Below, one piece after another: positions 23,940 to 36,869 of a DNA stretch of 64,000 nucleotides. The position numbers and the translations under genes were made by a program. Under the pieces are notes generated by a model. It ran no database searches, was not told the DNA's origin, and saw only the letters and a list, made by a program, of their open reading frames with translations. The DNA is from Eledone cirrhosa (Eukaryota): the NCBI GenBank assembly GCA_964016885.1, contig OZ024740.1, forward strand, positions 78,988,001-79,052,000. Reading direction: 5' to 3'. Position 1 is the stretch's first letter; each line of letters begins with the position of its first letter.

Positions 23940-26637
23940 TTAGGACAGTCTGTGTCTCCTCAACCACACTACGGGGCACCCAACAGTCCACTGTAACAGA
24001 ACATATCTAGTTAGGACAGTCTGCCTCTCCTCAACCACACTACAGGGCACCCAACAGTCCACTGTAACAGAACATATCTAGTTAGGACAGTCTGCCTCTC
24101 CTCAACCACACTACGGGGCACCCAACAGTCCACTGTAACAGAACATATCTAGTTAGGACAGTCTGCCTCTCCTCAACCACACTACAGGGCACCCAACAGT
24201 CCACTGTAACAGAACATATCTAGTTAGGACAGTCTGCCTCTCCTCAACCACACTACAGGGCACCCAACAGTCCACTGTAACAGAACATATCTAGTTAGGA
24301 CAGTCTGCCTCTCCTCAACCACACTACGGGGCACCCAACAGTCCACTGTAACAGAACATATCTAGTTAGGACAGTCTGCCTCTCCTCAACCACACCACAG
24401 GGCACCCAACAGTCCACTGTAACAGAACATATCTAGTTAGGACAGTCTGCCTCTCCTCAACCACACTACGGGGCACCCAACAGTCCACTGTAACAGAACA
24501 TATCTAGTTAGGACAGTCTGCCTCTCCTCAACGACACTACAGGGCACCCAACAGTCCACTGTAACAGAACATATCTAGTTAGGACAGTCTGCCTCTCCTC
24601 AACCACACTACAGGGCACCCAACAGTCCACTGTAACAGAACATATCTAGTTAGGACAGTCTGTGTCTCCTCAACCACACTACGGGGAACCCAACAGTCCA
24701 CTATAACAGAACATATCTAGTTAGGACAGTCTGCCTCTCCTCAACCACACTACAGGGCACCCAACAGTCCACTATAACAGAACATATCTAGTTAGGACAG
24801 TCTGCCTCTCCTCAACCACACTACAGGGCACCCAACAGTCCACTGTAACAGAACATATCTAGTTAGGACAGTCTGCCTCTCCTCAACCACACTACGGGGC
24901 ACCCAACAGTCCACTGTAACAGAACATATCTAGTTAGGACAGTCTGCCTCTCCTCAACCACACTACGGGGCACCCAACAGTCCACTGTAACAGAACATAT
25001 CTAGTTAGGACAGTCTGCCTCTCCTCAACCACACTGCAGGGCACCCAACAGTCCACTGTAACAGAACATATCTAGTTAGGACAGTCTGCCTCTCCTCAAC
25101 CACACTACGGGGCACCCAACAGTCCACTGTAACAGAACATATCTAGTTAGGACAGTCTGCCTCTCCTCAACCACACTACGGGGCACCCAACAGTCCACTG
25201 TAACAGAACATATCTAGTTAGGACAGTCTGCCTCTCCTCAACCACACTACGGGGCACCCAACAGTCCACTGTAACAGAACATATCTAGTTAGGACAGTCT
25301 GCCTCTCCTCAACCACACTACAGGGCACCCAACAGTCCACTGTAACAGAACATATCTAGTTAGGACAGTCTGCCTCTCCTCAACCACACTACGGGGCACC
25401 CAACAGTCCACTGTAACAGAACATATCTAGTTAGGACAGTCTGCCTCTCCTCAACCACACTACGGGGCACCCAACAGTCCACTGTAACAGAACATATCTA
25501 GTTAGGACAGTCTGCCTCTCCTCAACCGCACTACAGGGCACCCAACAGTCCACTATAACAGAACATATCTAGTTAGGACAGTCTGCCTCTCCTCAACCAC
25601 ACTACAGGGCACCCAACAGTCCACTGTAACAGAACATATCTAGTTAGGACAGTCTGCCTCTCCTCAACCACACTACAGGGCACCCAACAGTCCACTGTAA
25701 CAGAACATATCTAGTTAGGACAGTCTGCCTCTCCTCAACCACACTACAGGGCACCCAACAGTCCACTGTAACAGAACATATCTAGTTAGGACAGTCTGCC
25801 TCTCCTCAACCACACTACAGGGCACCCAACAGTCCACTGTAACAGAACATATCTAGTTAGGACAGTCTGCCTCTCCTCAACCACACTACAGGGCACCCAA
25901 CAGTCCACTATAACAGAACATATCTAGTTAGGACAGTCTGCCTCTCCTCAACCACACTACAGTGCACCCAACAGTCCACTGTAACAGAACATATCTAGTT
26001 AGGATAGTCTGCCTCTCCTCAACCACACTACAGGGCACCCAACAGTCCACTGTAACAGAACATATCTAGTTAGGACAGTCTGCCTCTCCTCAACCACACT
26101 ACAGGGCACCCAACAGTCCACTGTAACAGAACATATCTAGTTAGGACAGTCTGCCTCTCCTCAACCACACTACAGGGCACCCAACAGTCCACTGTAACAG
26201 AACATATCTAGTTAGGACAGTCTGCCTCTCCTCAACCACACTACAGGGCACCCAACAGTCCACTGTAACAGAACATATCTAGTTAGGACAGTCTGCCTCT
26301 CCTCAACCACACTACAGGGCACCCAACAGTCCACTGTAACAGAACATATCTAGTTAGGACAGTCTGCCTCTCCTCAACCACACTACAGGGCACCCAACAG
26401 TCCACTGTAACAGAACATATCTAGTTAGGACAGTCTGCCTCTCCTCAACCACACTACGGGGCACCCAACCGTCCACTGTAATAGAACATATCTAGTTAGG
26501 ACAGTCTGCCTCTCCTCAACCACACTACAGGGCACCCAACAGTCCACTGTAACAGAACATATCTAGTTAGGACAGTCTGCCTCTCCTCAACCACACTACA
26601 GGGCACCCAACAGTCCACTATAACAGAACATATCTAG
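23940..26637. repeat. Tandem array of 38 copies of a 71-bp unit
   Basis: Unit ttaggacagtctgcctctcctcaaccacactac(a/g)gggcacccaacagtccactgtaacagaacatatctag; 2698/71 = 38. Confidence 0.98.
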
Positions 26638-29494
26638 CACTGTTGTAATACTTTTGTGCCAAGAGACCAACATGCTGGAAGTTAAAACAGTGTAGATTCA
26701 GTCACTGCAATACATCACCACCTACAACTCACACAGACTACTTCTATTTTGTTGTTGGTATTATTTCTTTCACTTCCATGGCTTCTTAGCCATTATTCTA
26801 TCATGTTCATATTGTATTCATAATTATGCACCTTTATAACATAACTTAGAACTGTACTTTCAACAATAATTCCTAGCATATCAAATAGAAGCAACATGTT
26901 TCTATAGCATCTACAAAAGCAATGGGATATATAAATATAAACCATCTGCATTTCCCAAAGAATCTGATAGATACTTTGATCTGACATGAAATGTATTTTT
27001 ATAGTTTTGGGATTGTCATTGATCTGTCAGCCTGTGAACTATAAATAAACTTTAACCTTGGGAAACATGGAAAGATTGGTTTGAAGTTGGTTAGGATGTA
27101 ATGACATAATATAAGACATGATGCATTGTTTGCTTGCAAGGAACAGTCCCGCTATTGCCTTGACCTCGATTACAAAGAAAGGTCAAGTATGGCTTATCTA
27201 GAACAGGTTTTTAGTAGATAAACGATATTTCTTCATATGTCAGCAAGTACACATTTACAAGATGTTGCATCGTGTCTATATGTGTGTGTGTTGACAGAAC
27301 TCTCTCAAATTTTACTGAATAAACACTAGAGAGATGTAATGTTTTATTTTCTTACTAATTCTTAATTTTCAGTGGATGACACAATTTAATGTTTCACTTG
27401 ATTTCTTAGCTGTTCTCTTCAAATTAACATAGTTTTTTAAAGATTTAAGTTAGCAAAATAAATCTCTTATTCTCCCTTGTATGGAATACTGTTGTTGGGC
27501 TGGTACCTAGGCTGGTGTTCTTTCTTTCTTAGATCAAATTCAAAAGCAAGTTTCTAACTTTCTAACATATTGTGGCAGTTAAATTTCTATTCTTCTCTCA
27601 TTGCTGTGACATTGTTTTTTTATAAATATCCCATAAATATTTCCATGGTTGTCCTGCCAAACTTTCTTTTCATATTCTAATCAAATGAGTCGTCTTTTTA
27701 TTAATTCTCTTCTTTTCACTGTGTATGTCCCCTCTTATAAGAAGAGATTCTACTCTAATAGTTTCTTTCTTTCAACATCTTTCTCGGGAACTCTTCTTTT
27801 TCTCATTTCCCTGATCTCAATAATCTTAATTCTGTTATATCTTTTGCTGGACGTTTTCTGATTTCAAGGGCAACATCTCACTAGATTTCTTTTCTTTTAC
27901 TTTTGTAACTTCCTACAAATTAAGTGGTTGCTTATGGCCTGCTGTATTGCTGGTTACTTGCCAACCTTATTGGAAGTGACTTCCAATTGAAAAAATAACA
28001 GTATCTTTTAATGTATTTTGATCATGTGTCAGATATCATCTAACAAATCTTATTCTAAATTATCTTTAACAATAAGAATATGATATAAATTATGTAGGAG
28101 GTATTTGATTAGCAGATTCATTAGAGTGTCAGATAAAATGGCTTAGTGGTGTTACTTCCAGTTTTCTGCATTCTGTGTTCAAATCCTGCCATGGTCAATT
28201 TTAATATTCAACTCAAAAAGGATGAAAATCAAAGTAGCAGTTAAAGACAGGAGGTGGAACATGTAAAGCATCATGTGGTATTTGTCCTGACTCTGTGAAT
28301 TCTGAGTTCAAATCCTGTCTAACGTCACAGAATACATTGTGAGATGATAGGACTGTGGCTCTCTATCATTAAAAGTCAAGAAACCTATAAGATACAACTT
28401 CGCATGGGGCTGGCTAAACTCATGGTGTGAGCTGTACCACCAACAATATGTCGTGCAACCTAGACAGAAGTGGTGAGAGTTGATCTCAGGTCACTGAACC
28501 TTATGGAGATGTTGATGAAGGAACACAACAGGTGAAATAAAGCTGTGATGGTAAAGATTCATGCAACCATGAACATGGAAAGATGGACATAAAAAATATG
28601 ATAATGATGACTTCATCACTGAAACTTGAATTCTATATAATGATATATATTAAGTCAGAATAATTTTAGGTTTTATTTAGCTTTAGTAAAATTAGAATGT
28701 TACAGAGGTGAAATGACTGAGAAGACAAGGTATCAAATTACCAGCTCATAAATGTGATTTCAAATTCACTGCAAATGTTTTGTTGCATTTCTGGGCATGA
28801 ATATGTATCAGATCATCTGGCTTAAACTGGTGGTGTATTCAGAAAGAAATTTATCTCTCATCTGGTTTATGCCAAGAAATAGAAGATAAGCATCAGTCCT
28901 TAAAAGACCCCCTTGGGTCTTAGAAGATACTTACATTACATTTACATTATGTAGTCAGAATCCTGCATGTTCTCGAGTTAAATTATTTGTGTATGTGCAC
29001 GTATAGAAGAAACGGATGTAAAATGATTATGATATATCTGTGCAGAAGTCTGGTATTAATCATCTGGTTGTTTAGATTTCATTATAAGTGCATACAAACA
29101 GTTATTTAATACACTATAAAGTATTTTATGTATTTAGTCAGGAACTAAAATAATTTTGTTATTAAAACTCCTACATAAAACATGTGGGTGTCTGACAACT
29201 TGTACTATTTTTTAACAACCACCTTGTGAGTAGTTGATGATAGAAAGGACATCTAATCTTAAAATTTATAATCAAATCAAAAAACAAAGGCAGAAAATTG
29301 GCAGACTCATTAGGTTGTTGGATTAAGTGCCTTCTGGTGTTTTACATTATGCTTTCATGTGAGAGAGATACAATGTTACTAGTTAAACGACTAGTAAGAC
29401 CACTATTTTAACTTGGTACTTTAATGAAAGTAGAATGTATATATTATTTATTGCATGTAAATAACCACTATCCAGGATCACTCACTTACCCATG

Positions 29495-29771
29495 ACTTCA
29501 CACTCAGAGTTGCTGAAGTATGGAACAAACTACCTGCATCACTTGTTAGCTGTCGAGACACTGCATCCTTTAAAACCTCCATGCTTCCTGAGATCCGCTA
29601 AAACTACACCTGATGTCCCCCTTCCATACACATACACACATGTATATCATGACTCATACACTATTCACTTCCCTGATATTTATATATTATTCTATGTACT
29701 ATACATGCACCTTTGACGAGTTGTAGTGCACCTGAGCACTTTACACAATAATTTCATTATTTTATTATTAT
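29495..29771 (+). mobile_element. CR1 3'-end fragment (same family as 20655-22063)
   Basis: Matches ~21780-22060; another short 3' tip at ~57270-57318. Confidence 0.88.
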
Positions 29772-31948
29772 ACTTATTACCCATCCTATGTTCCTTCATC
29801 CTATTCCACCCACAAACACATCTCACAAGGGACAAATCATCACCTCCTCCCATATAGGTTAGAGAGGACTCTTCAGTTGAGTCAATGACAGACAACCTCC
29901 CTAGTGCTGGTGTTGCAATAAAACATACCCAGTACACTCTGTAAAGTAGATGGTGTTAGAAATATCTTCCAGCCCTAAAAACCATGCCCAAATGGTTGAG
30001 AGAACCCTTCAGTCATAGTGCAACAACCTCTCTTGTGCTGGTGCTACAAAAGCATCCAATACATCCTGTAAAGTTCTGCTATAAAAGGGTTGAGTGGACT
30101 CTACATTTGTGTCAAAGACATAACGACCTCTCTAGTGTTGATGCCTAGAGTACAATAGAGGTTAGTAGCTCTACGTATTGACTTAGTGTTTGGTGGCCCT
30201 TCCAATCTTTGCTAACAGAGAAAATAAATTAAATGAATAATGGTTTTTGATTTAGGCACAGGGTCAACAATTTTGTGAGAGGAGAAGTCAATTAAATCGA
30301 CCCCAAAAAGTTGAAAGACAAAATTGACCTTGGCAGGATTTGAACTCAGAATGTAAATGCCACAAATCATTTTATCTAATGCTCTAACGATTCTGCCATT
30401 AATGGTTTCTAGTTTTGGGAGAGAATAAAGTCAATTAAATCAGCTCCAGTGCGTGACTGGTAGTTCATTTTATTGACCCCAGTTGAATGAATGGCACAGT
30501 TGATTTTAGTAGAGTTTGAACTCAGAATGTAAAGCAATGCTTACCTTGTTTGTTAGGAATACCTACAATTGGTGGAAATGTATTCAGTTAATTCGGAGAA
30601 GAAAGCATGTCTGTGAAGTTTGTGGCTGTAATGTGATTGAATGTTTTGTCAGTTAGCTGAATGCCTTGTTTGTAAATGGTGTGTGTGTGTATTTATATAT
30701 ATATGTCATCATCATCATCATTGTCGTTTTAACATCTACTTTCCCTGCTAGCAAGGTTTGGATGGGTCAATATAGACCAAGTTAGTACTGAAGCAGAGTC
30801 ACTGATCTTCCAGACAGGCCAAGGACTTGTGCAGTTATGTATGATCTCATTCCATCGAATGCTCAGGAGAGGTTGTCATGCCTTTGACACAACTGAGGGT
30901 CCTCCTATCCCTATATATATATATACACATATATGCCGTTATTATTTAGTAGAAACAATTATTTAGACCCAGGTCAGTTTTATTGAACAGACCTATGATT
31001 AAACCTTTTGGTACTATATTTCTAATGAGAGAAACTGCCTGCAATTTCCAAATCATTTTGGAAATAATGAAGAATTTGGAAGGATTTTAGCAATACAATT
31101 AACGTTCTCATTATTTATCTGGCGTTTGGAGTACAATTTAATATGATCCTTATATAGAATTATGGGGAGTGAGGGTTAGATAAATATAAACACTTCAATA
31201 TAAATAACTTTTTATTGTAAAACCAGGGGCAGTTTGTTATGGCCAGACTATCTTTTTGTATATATAGAACTACATTGTTCAATAATCCTTTCTCTTTTTA
31301 AGATAGTAAAGTTATGGTTAATGAAACGTGGCTGCTATTTGTAGCAGGTTAAGAAACCATTTAATATTGAAAACAATAGTAACTATTTTTATCAATAAAA
31401 AGTTATTTTAAAACCTTAATATTATTTTCAACTTTTTCAAATATCACAAAACTTTCCACAAACCTGATTCAATCCTCTGTATACAAGCTGACGAGGAAAT
31501 CTCTTAGCAGTCATTGTACCTGCTTGAAATAGCAGCAAAATCTCCCTCTAATTACATCCTACCAGTTGTGTAGGTAGAGGTGGCACTTTTGGTCTATAGC
31601 ATAAACTAGCTATGGCACTTCATCATATATTGAAAAATGTGGTTCTAAATGCATTATGTCTAAAAATAAAATTGGATGGTCATGGTCGGAGTGCCTTTGA
31701 TTATAATTTTGCTTAGTCAAAGTTAACCAGCAACAACGATACAACTCTAGAAAATATCTTTTGTAAACCAGTTAAAATGGCTCCACTTATAAATTTTATA
31801 ACTCATTTTAGGGGAGACTACTCTTACATTATTAAAATGGATAGATGTCCTTGAATTATTATTATTTATTTTTTATTTAATAGTCCGAGTGTACCAAGAA
31901 ATTGAGCGAGATTGCTTCCAAAGTTTTAAAGATTAGATATCGTTACAT

Positions 31949-32185
31949 TTAACCCTTTTGATACCAGTCTGTCTGAAACTGCCCCTTGTTCAATGATACA
32001 AAACGTCTGGTTTTAAAATGTTCATGTTTATAAAACCTTCCATCACAATTTTATGTAAGAACATTTTGTTGAATAATAATCCATACAGCTTAACTTAGGT
32101 TATATATTTTACTAAATTCCTCCAAATTTTAGATTATTTTCAAAATTATATGAAACTCATTGGCATTGTATTTCATTAGGAATGA
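31949..32185. mobile_element. Second TTAA-CCC-starting MITE family; related pieces at ~1205-1500, ~31010-31215, ~48211-48420
   Basis: ttaacccttttgatacca... start; shared 'ttactaaattcctccaaa' internal motif. Confidence 0.55.
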
Positions 32186-32787
32186 TCGTCATTATCACCG
32201 TTTAACGTCCATTTTTCCACACTAGCATGGGTTAGACGAGTTGTCCAGATGTGATGCAGACCAGGTTACAAAAGAGTTGATGTTTAACAATGATGGCAAA
32301 TCAAGTTGGATAGTTTTCCAATAATTGTTAGTGACACATCCAAAACATCTGGCCTCGTGTTACACAGGCCAGATGAATTATTCAAACACTGGCTTTGGTT
32401 TTATATAAAGAGAATTACTGTATATACTCATAAAAGTCACAGTTTTTTCCTCAAAAATAACATGAAGAACAATCATGTAACTTATCTACTGAACCTACGA
32501 AAACTCAATTAAAAAAAACATAGTATATTGTAAATGAAATATGGCAGGTGGTAGAGAACTTTTTTATGAGTAACATTTAATCTTCTTTACTACTACATAA
32601 AGCTGTGGTAAAATGACATTGAAGTATTCAGTATTGCTTTAACTTCTAGCTCTGATCCAGCTATGATCCACCCTTCTCTCTTTAATTTTTCAAATACAGT
32701 ACTAGATTATTTAATGTCACCTGCCTTTTCTTTTAAGATGGTAGATTTGAAGGAGATGAGGCTGCTATCTCTAGTGGCCATATAAAG

Positions 32788-33102
32788 CAGAGGTTCTCAA
32801 AGTGGGCGCTACCCCCACCCGCCAGGGAGCGTTGAGAATATCCTGGGGGGACACTGGGGCCTATGGGGATGGTAGAGATGATGTATATTAAATATCATAT
32901 ATACATATAGTAAAATAAAAAATATATCTTTATTTTTACATAGTATATATTATATTATTTATTATATTTAAATTAACGATTTTATTTATATATTATTAAC
33001 AATTTGTGTAAGGCAGGTCTCTCAGGAAATAGGGGTGGGGGCGCTGAGGGTATTACGTGACCTTGAGGTGGGATGGTGGCCCCAAAAGTTGGAGAATCTT
33101 TG
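32788..33102. mobile_element. hAT (Charlie-like) MITE
   Basis: CAGAGGTTCTCAAA...TTGGAGAATCTTTG ends with perfect 8-bp TSD ATATAAAG (32780-32787 / 33103-33110). Confidence 0.9.
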
Positions 33103-33214
33103 ATATAAAGGCTCTCATTTGTTCAAAGCTCTCTGTTAAATTACCATATATACTTATAAGTCACTGCACCATATATATATAGTTAATATAAAACAAGAAA
33201 TCAATATATATATA

Positions 33215-33291
33215 TATAAAGAAAAAAAGATGAAATCGAAAATGCAACTGGACTCCAGTTGCATTTTCGATTTCATCTTTTTTTCTTTATA
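33215..33291. repeat. Perfect palindrome, 38-bp arms, 1-nt spacer
   Basis: tataaagaaaaaaagatgaaatcgaaaatgcaactgga-c-tccagttgcattttcgatttcatctttttttctttata. Confidence 0.95.
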
Positions 33292-33506
33292 CTTTCACTC
33301 GTGTAGGACACCTCGGTTATTTTTCATTTTGTAAAAAAACCTCACTTTCTAATAATATATATATATATATATATATATGGATTGAGAGAGACGAGGTTGT
33401 GTGGTTACTGATAACGAGTGTTAGAAAGTAAAGGGTTTGTGTCCCTTTACTTTCTAACACTATATATATATATAATATTTTGGTATCATTATTTAATATT
33501 TCAAAG

Positions 33507-33683
33507 GGCGATGGATTGGTAGAGGGTCGGACGCCATGCTTTGATGTATAGAGTTACGGCCCTTGCCATTCTGAGTTCAAATCCCGCCAAGGTTAACTTT
33601 GCCCTTCATCATTACGGGGTCGATAAAATAAAGTACCAGTAATACACTGGGTAATTGCTAGCCTTGTGCCTAACGTAGAAACA
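33507..33683 (+). mobile_element. SINE family A with 18-bp TSD
   Basis: attatttaatatttcaaa at 33488-33505 and 33684-33701. Confidence 0.9.
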
Positions 33684-34695
33684 ATTATTTAATATTTCAA
33701 ATCGGCCTTGTGCCTAAATCAGAAACCATTAATAGATATTTCAGTACAAAGTTCTGTAGATAAGTTAGATGCAGCTATTCATGCCTGCTTCATATTTTTT
33801 TTATTTAAGTAAACAGAAAACCTAACTTATCTATGAATATATATGATATTTTGTGACTGTGTTTTAGAAATAATAACAGTATGTCTAATGGAATACTATT
33901 ATACAGCAGATAATTAAAAGGATTTACAGCTAATTAAGATACTTAATAATTAGCATATGATTTTTTAATTTAATTTGTTAATTGAGAAAATATAAAGAAT
34001 TCCGATTGTTTCGGTTGTTGTTAATGTTTCATACTGTGAATTATATTAAATGTTAAGATTATGTAATGATTCTATTGCAGTTACCAGAGCAACAACTACA
34101 GCAGCTGTGTAGAAGTCGGAATAAAGTAATTTGTGAATTGGCATCAGACCTTCGTACTGATCTCAACTATTAACACCATTTTATGTTTATTATAAATTAT
34201 TGGAAAAATTGGAATATTTATTCTGTCCAGGAAAAAAATAATTGTTTTGGTTAAGTTTTTCATGTTGTCACTAATGATATTGTTCATTTAATCTTGTATT
34301 TTTTTTATTATTTTTCAAACCACATAAAAAAAAGATAGAAATGACTGAAGTTTTATATTTCTATCAGCTAGTTACAATTATACAAAATTACCAGTGGTGT
34401 GACATGAATGAAACTGTTAGTGTAAGCAATTGGAATGTTACATACCATCTTTTTCAAGACAAAATTCGAAAGAATAAAAATCACATTTAAAAAAAAAAGT
34501 TTATAATATACCAATATTACTTTCTTTATTATTCCAAAATATTAATGTCATTATTTCAGTACTATGATAATGTGAGCATTGCTTATGTTGCTCTAAGGAA
34601 TACAGGTATACATGCCACTGAGAATTAGATATTTGATTAAAATACATTAGCAAATATATCTTATAGTATTTAAATTAAGATATAATTTAATTTAT

Positions 34696-34735
<40 letters not shown>

Positions 34736-34977
34736 GTGTGTGTATATATATATGTATGTATGTGTGTGTGAGTGCATGTATATATATATAAGAGAGAGAG
34801 AGATATGTAAAATCCTGACCACGGTGCTAAGAAATTTCAACACAAGCTGAAACCACTTGGCACCAAGGTTGGTATTTTACATATCTCCTAACCCACTCTG
34901 CATCTCCCCATGCATTGAGTACTCCCTTGATTAGTGGTCTCCCTGGTCTCAGCACAGGAATGTCTCTCTTTCTCTCT

Positions 34978-35016
<39 letters not shown>

Positions 35017-35037
35017 TTCAAAATATCAATAAATGAG

Positions 35038-35217
35038 AAATATTATCATAACCAAAGTATATATTTTATTATACATATTTCAAAGGTACAATGGTGTTTA
35101 AGTAAAAAAAATATAAGAGATTGGTTATACGACATACCCCTAAAGTCTTGAATCTTCAATCCATTGTACCTTTGAAATATGTATAATAAAATATATACTT
35201 TGGTTATGGTAATATTT
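35038..35217. repeat. Fold-back element (~57-bp arms) made of the 3' half of a hammerhead-family sequence
   Basis: ...tacatatttcaaaggtacaatgg / ccattgtacctttgaaatatgtataataaaata...; between (TA)n tracts. Confidence 0.85.
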
Positions 35218-35254
35218 TGAATAATATAGATACTCAAGATAAATTAACTTTTGG

Positions 35255-35291
<37 letters not shown>

Positions 35292-36179
35292 GATTCTGGC
35301 AGTGAAACCCATGCTAGTTCCATCAATATATATATGAGATTCATAGTAGATAAATAGTGTGTGAAAGAGAAAAAATGTTATTAATAGTAACTGTTCACTG
35401 CAAATTTCTGTTGAAATTAGCTGCTTTTCAAAAGCATGTGAAATTGAAACTGTTCAATATTGCAGGTGTAGCTTTTTCTGTGATGCTATTTTAATACTTT
35501 TTATATATATTATAAAGAATTTAGTTCACCACTGTGTATACGTATTTGTGTTTATATTTATTTGCCATACTTATAGTTTCTGTAACATATGTTGAAATTC
35601 ATTAAACTTAGTTCTAAACTATCTCTGAGACTTCAAGTTGGTTTTCAGTTATTCTTTTACTGGTATCAGTCATTAGACTGTGGTCATGCTGGAGCACTAC
35701 CTTGAAGGGATAACAAACCCAGTACTTATTTTTCAAGTCTGGTATATATTTTATTGATTTCTTTTTATTGAAGCCCAAAGTTACAGGACATAAACATGGA
35801 CACAGACCCAGATGGGTGTGTATCTGGAGGTATATGGCATAGTAATTAGTGTTTTCATCTCACAATCATAAAGTCAGAAGTTTAATTACTGAACTGGAAC
35901 AAGTGTACTTAAGCAAGACACTTTATTTAACATTGCTCCAATCCACTCACTTGGTAAAAACAGGCTTCTAAACAGTTTCTGTTTACCAAATTTCACCCAC
36001 AAGTCATTGGTCAACTCAAGGTTATAGTAGAAAACACTTGCCCATAATATCACACAGTGGGACTGAACCCAAACTATGTGGTGGCAAAGCAAACTCCTTA
36101 GCTATACAGCCAGTTGTTTGTTAAATGACAAATATTTGTACTGGTTTCTAATCTTACTTTGATAGTAAGAAATCGAATA

Positions 36180-36411
36180 GGCTATGTAGCCAGTAAACTC
36201 TAAAGGGATGCAACACACATCGCTATAGCATTTCACCAGCCCCTTCCTTCTGTTGTCTGTATCTGTTTATGTATTTATGTAACGTATGTTACGAATGGAT
36301 GACTAAATGATTTTAACTTGTTTTTTAACAATGGATGGTGGAAACGGTTTTAAATTGTCTTAACTCAGGCCTCAACTCAAGATGTTTGACACTTTTACCG
36401 GCTACATAGCC
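36180..36411. mobile_element. MITE-like element with 18-bp TIRs, superfamily uncertain
   Basis: ggctatgtagccagtaaa ... tttaccggctacatagcc (17/18 match); no clear TSD. Confidence 0.65.
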
Positions 36412-36657
36412 CCTTCATAAGAAAATGATATATTGTTTATCCCCGATCTGGTTTGATGTCTGATAAATTTGTTGTAGGTAAATATATTACTCTATTACAT
36501 GTTCCAGCCGAAAGGCTGAGGCCATGCTGGGGAACTGCCATTGCCCATAATTTTATCATAGGGTAAGTACAATGGTAGGTGGCAGGAGCCCTCATTAGTA
36601 CTGATGTTATATTAGTATGTTAGTGATTGATAAGGTGAAGTGGGAAGAGAAAATTAA

Positions 36658-36863
36658 CCCTTTAGCATTTACTCTATATATACTATTATATTTTCACGGT
36701 AATATTTTCACCTCATAATTATTTCATATAATTTCTATGAGATTTTGATATTTATTTTGAGAACAAAACCATAACATCAGTATGACCTGCTGGTTACAGC
36801 CAGTTTGAACAGGAGGAGATGAGAGAATTCTGGCCAGATATGGCCAGTTTAAATGCTAATGGG
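36658..36863. mobile_element. piggyBac-type MITE, best-preserved copy
   Basis: TTAA|CCCTTTAGCATTTA ... TAAATGCTAATGGG|TTAA. Confidence 0.88.
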
Positions 36864-36869
36864 TTAAAG

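Noticed and set aside
23940-26637. CRISPR-like array
   Set aside because: Units are contiguous near-identical repeats with no unique spacers, there are no cas genes, and the context is eukaryotic
34081-34606. Two short AG...GT-bounded segments (34081-34125, 34560-34606) as exons
   Set aside because: Splice-like signals only, with no convincing coding content; could be UTR exons but unsupported
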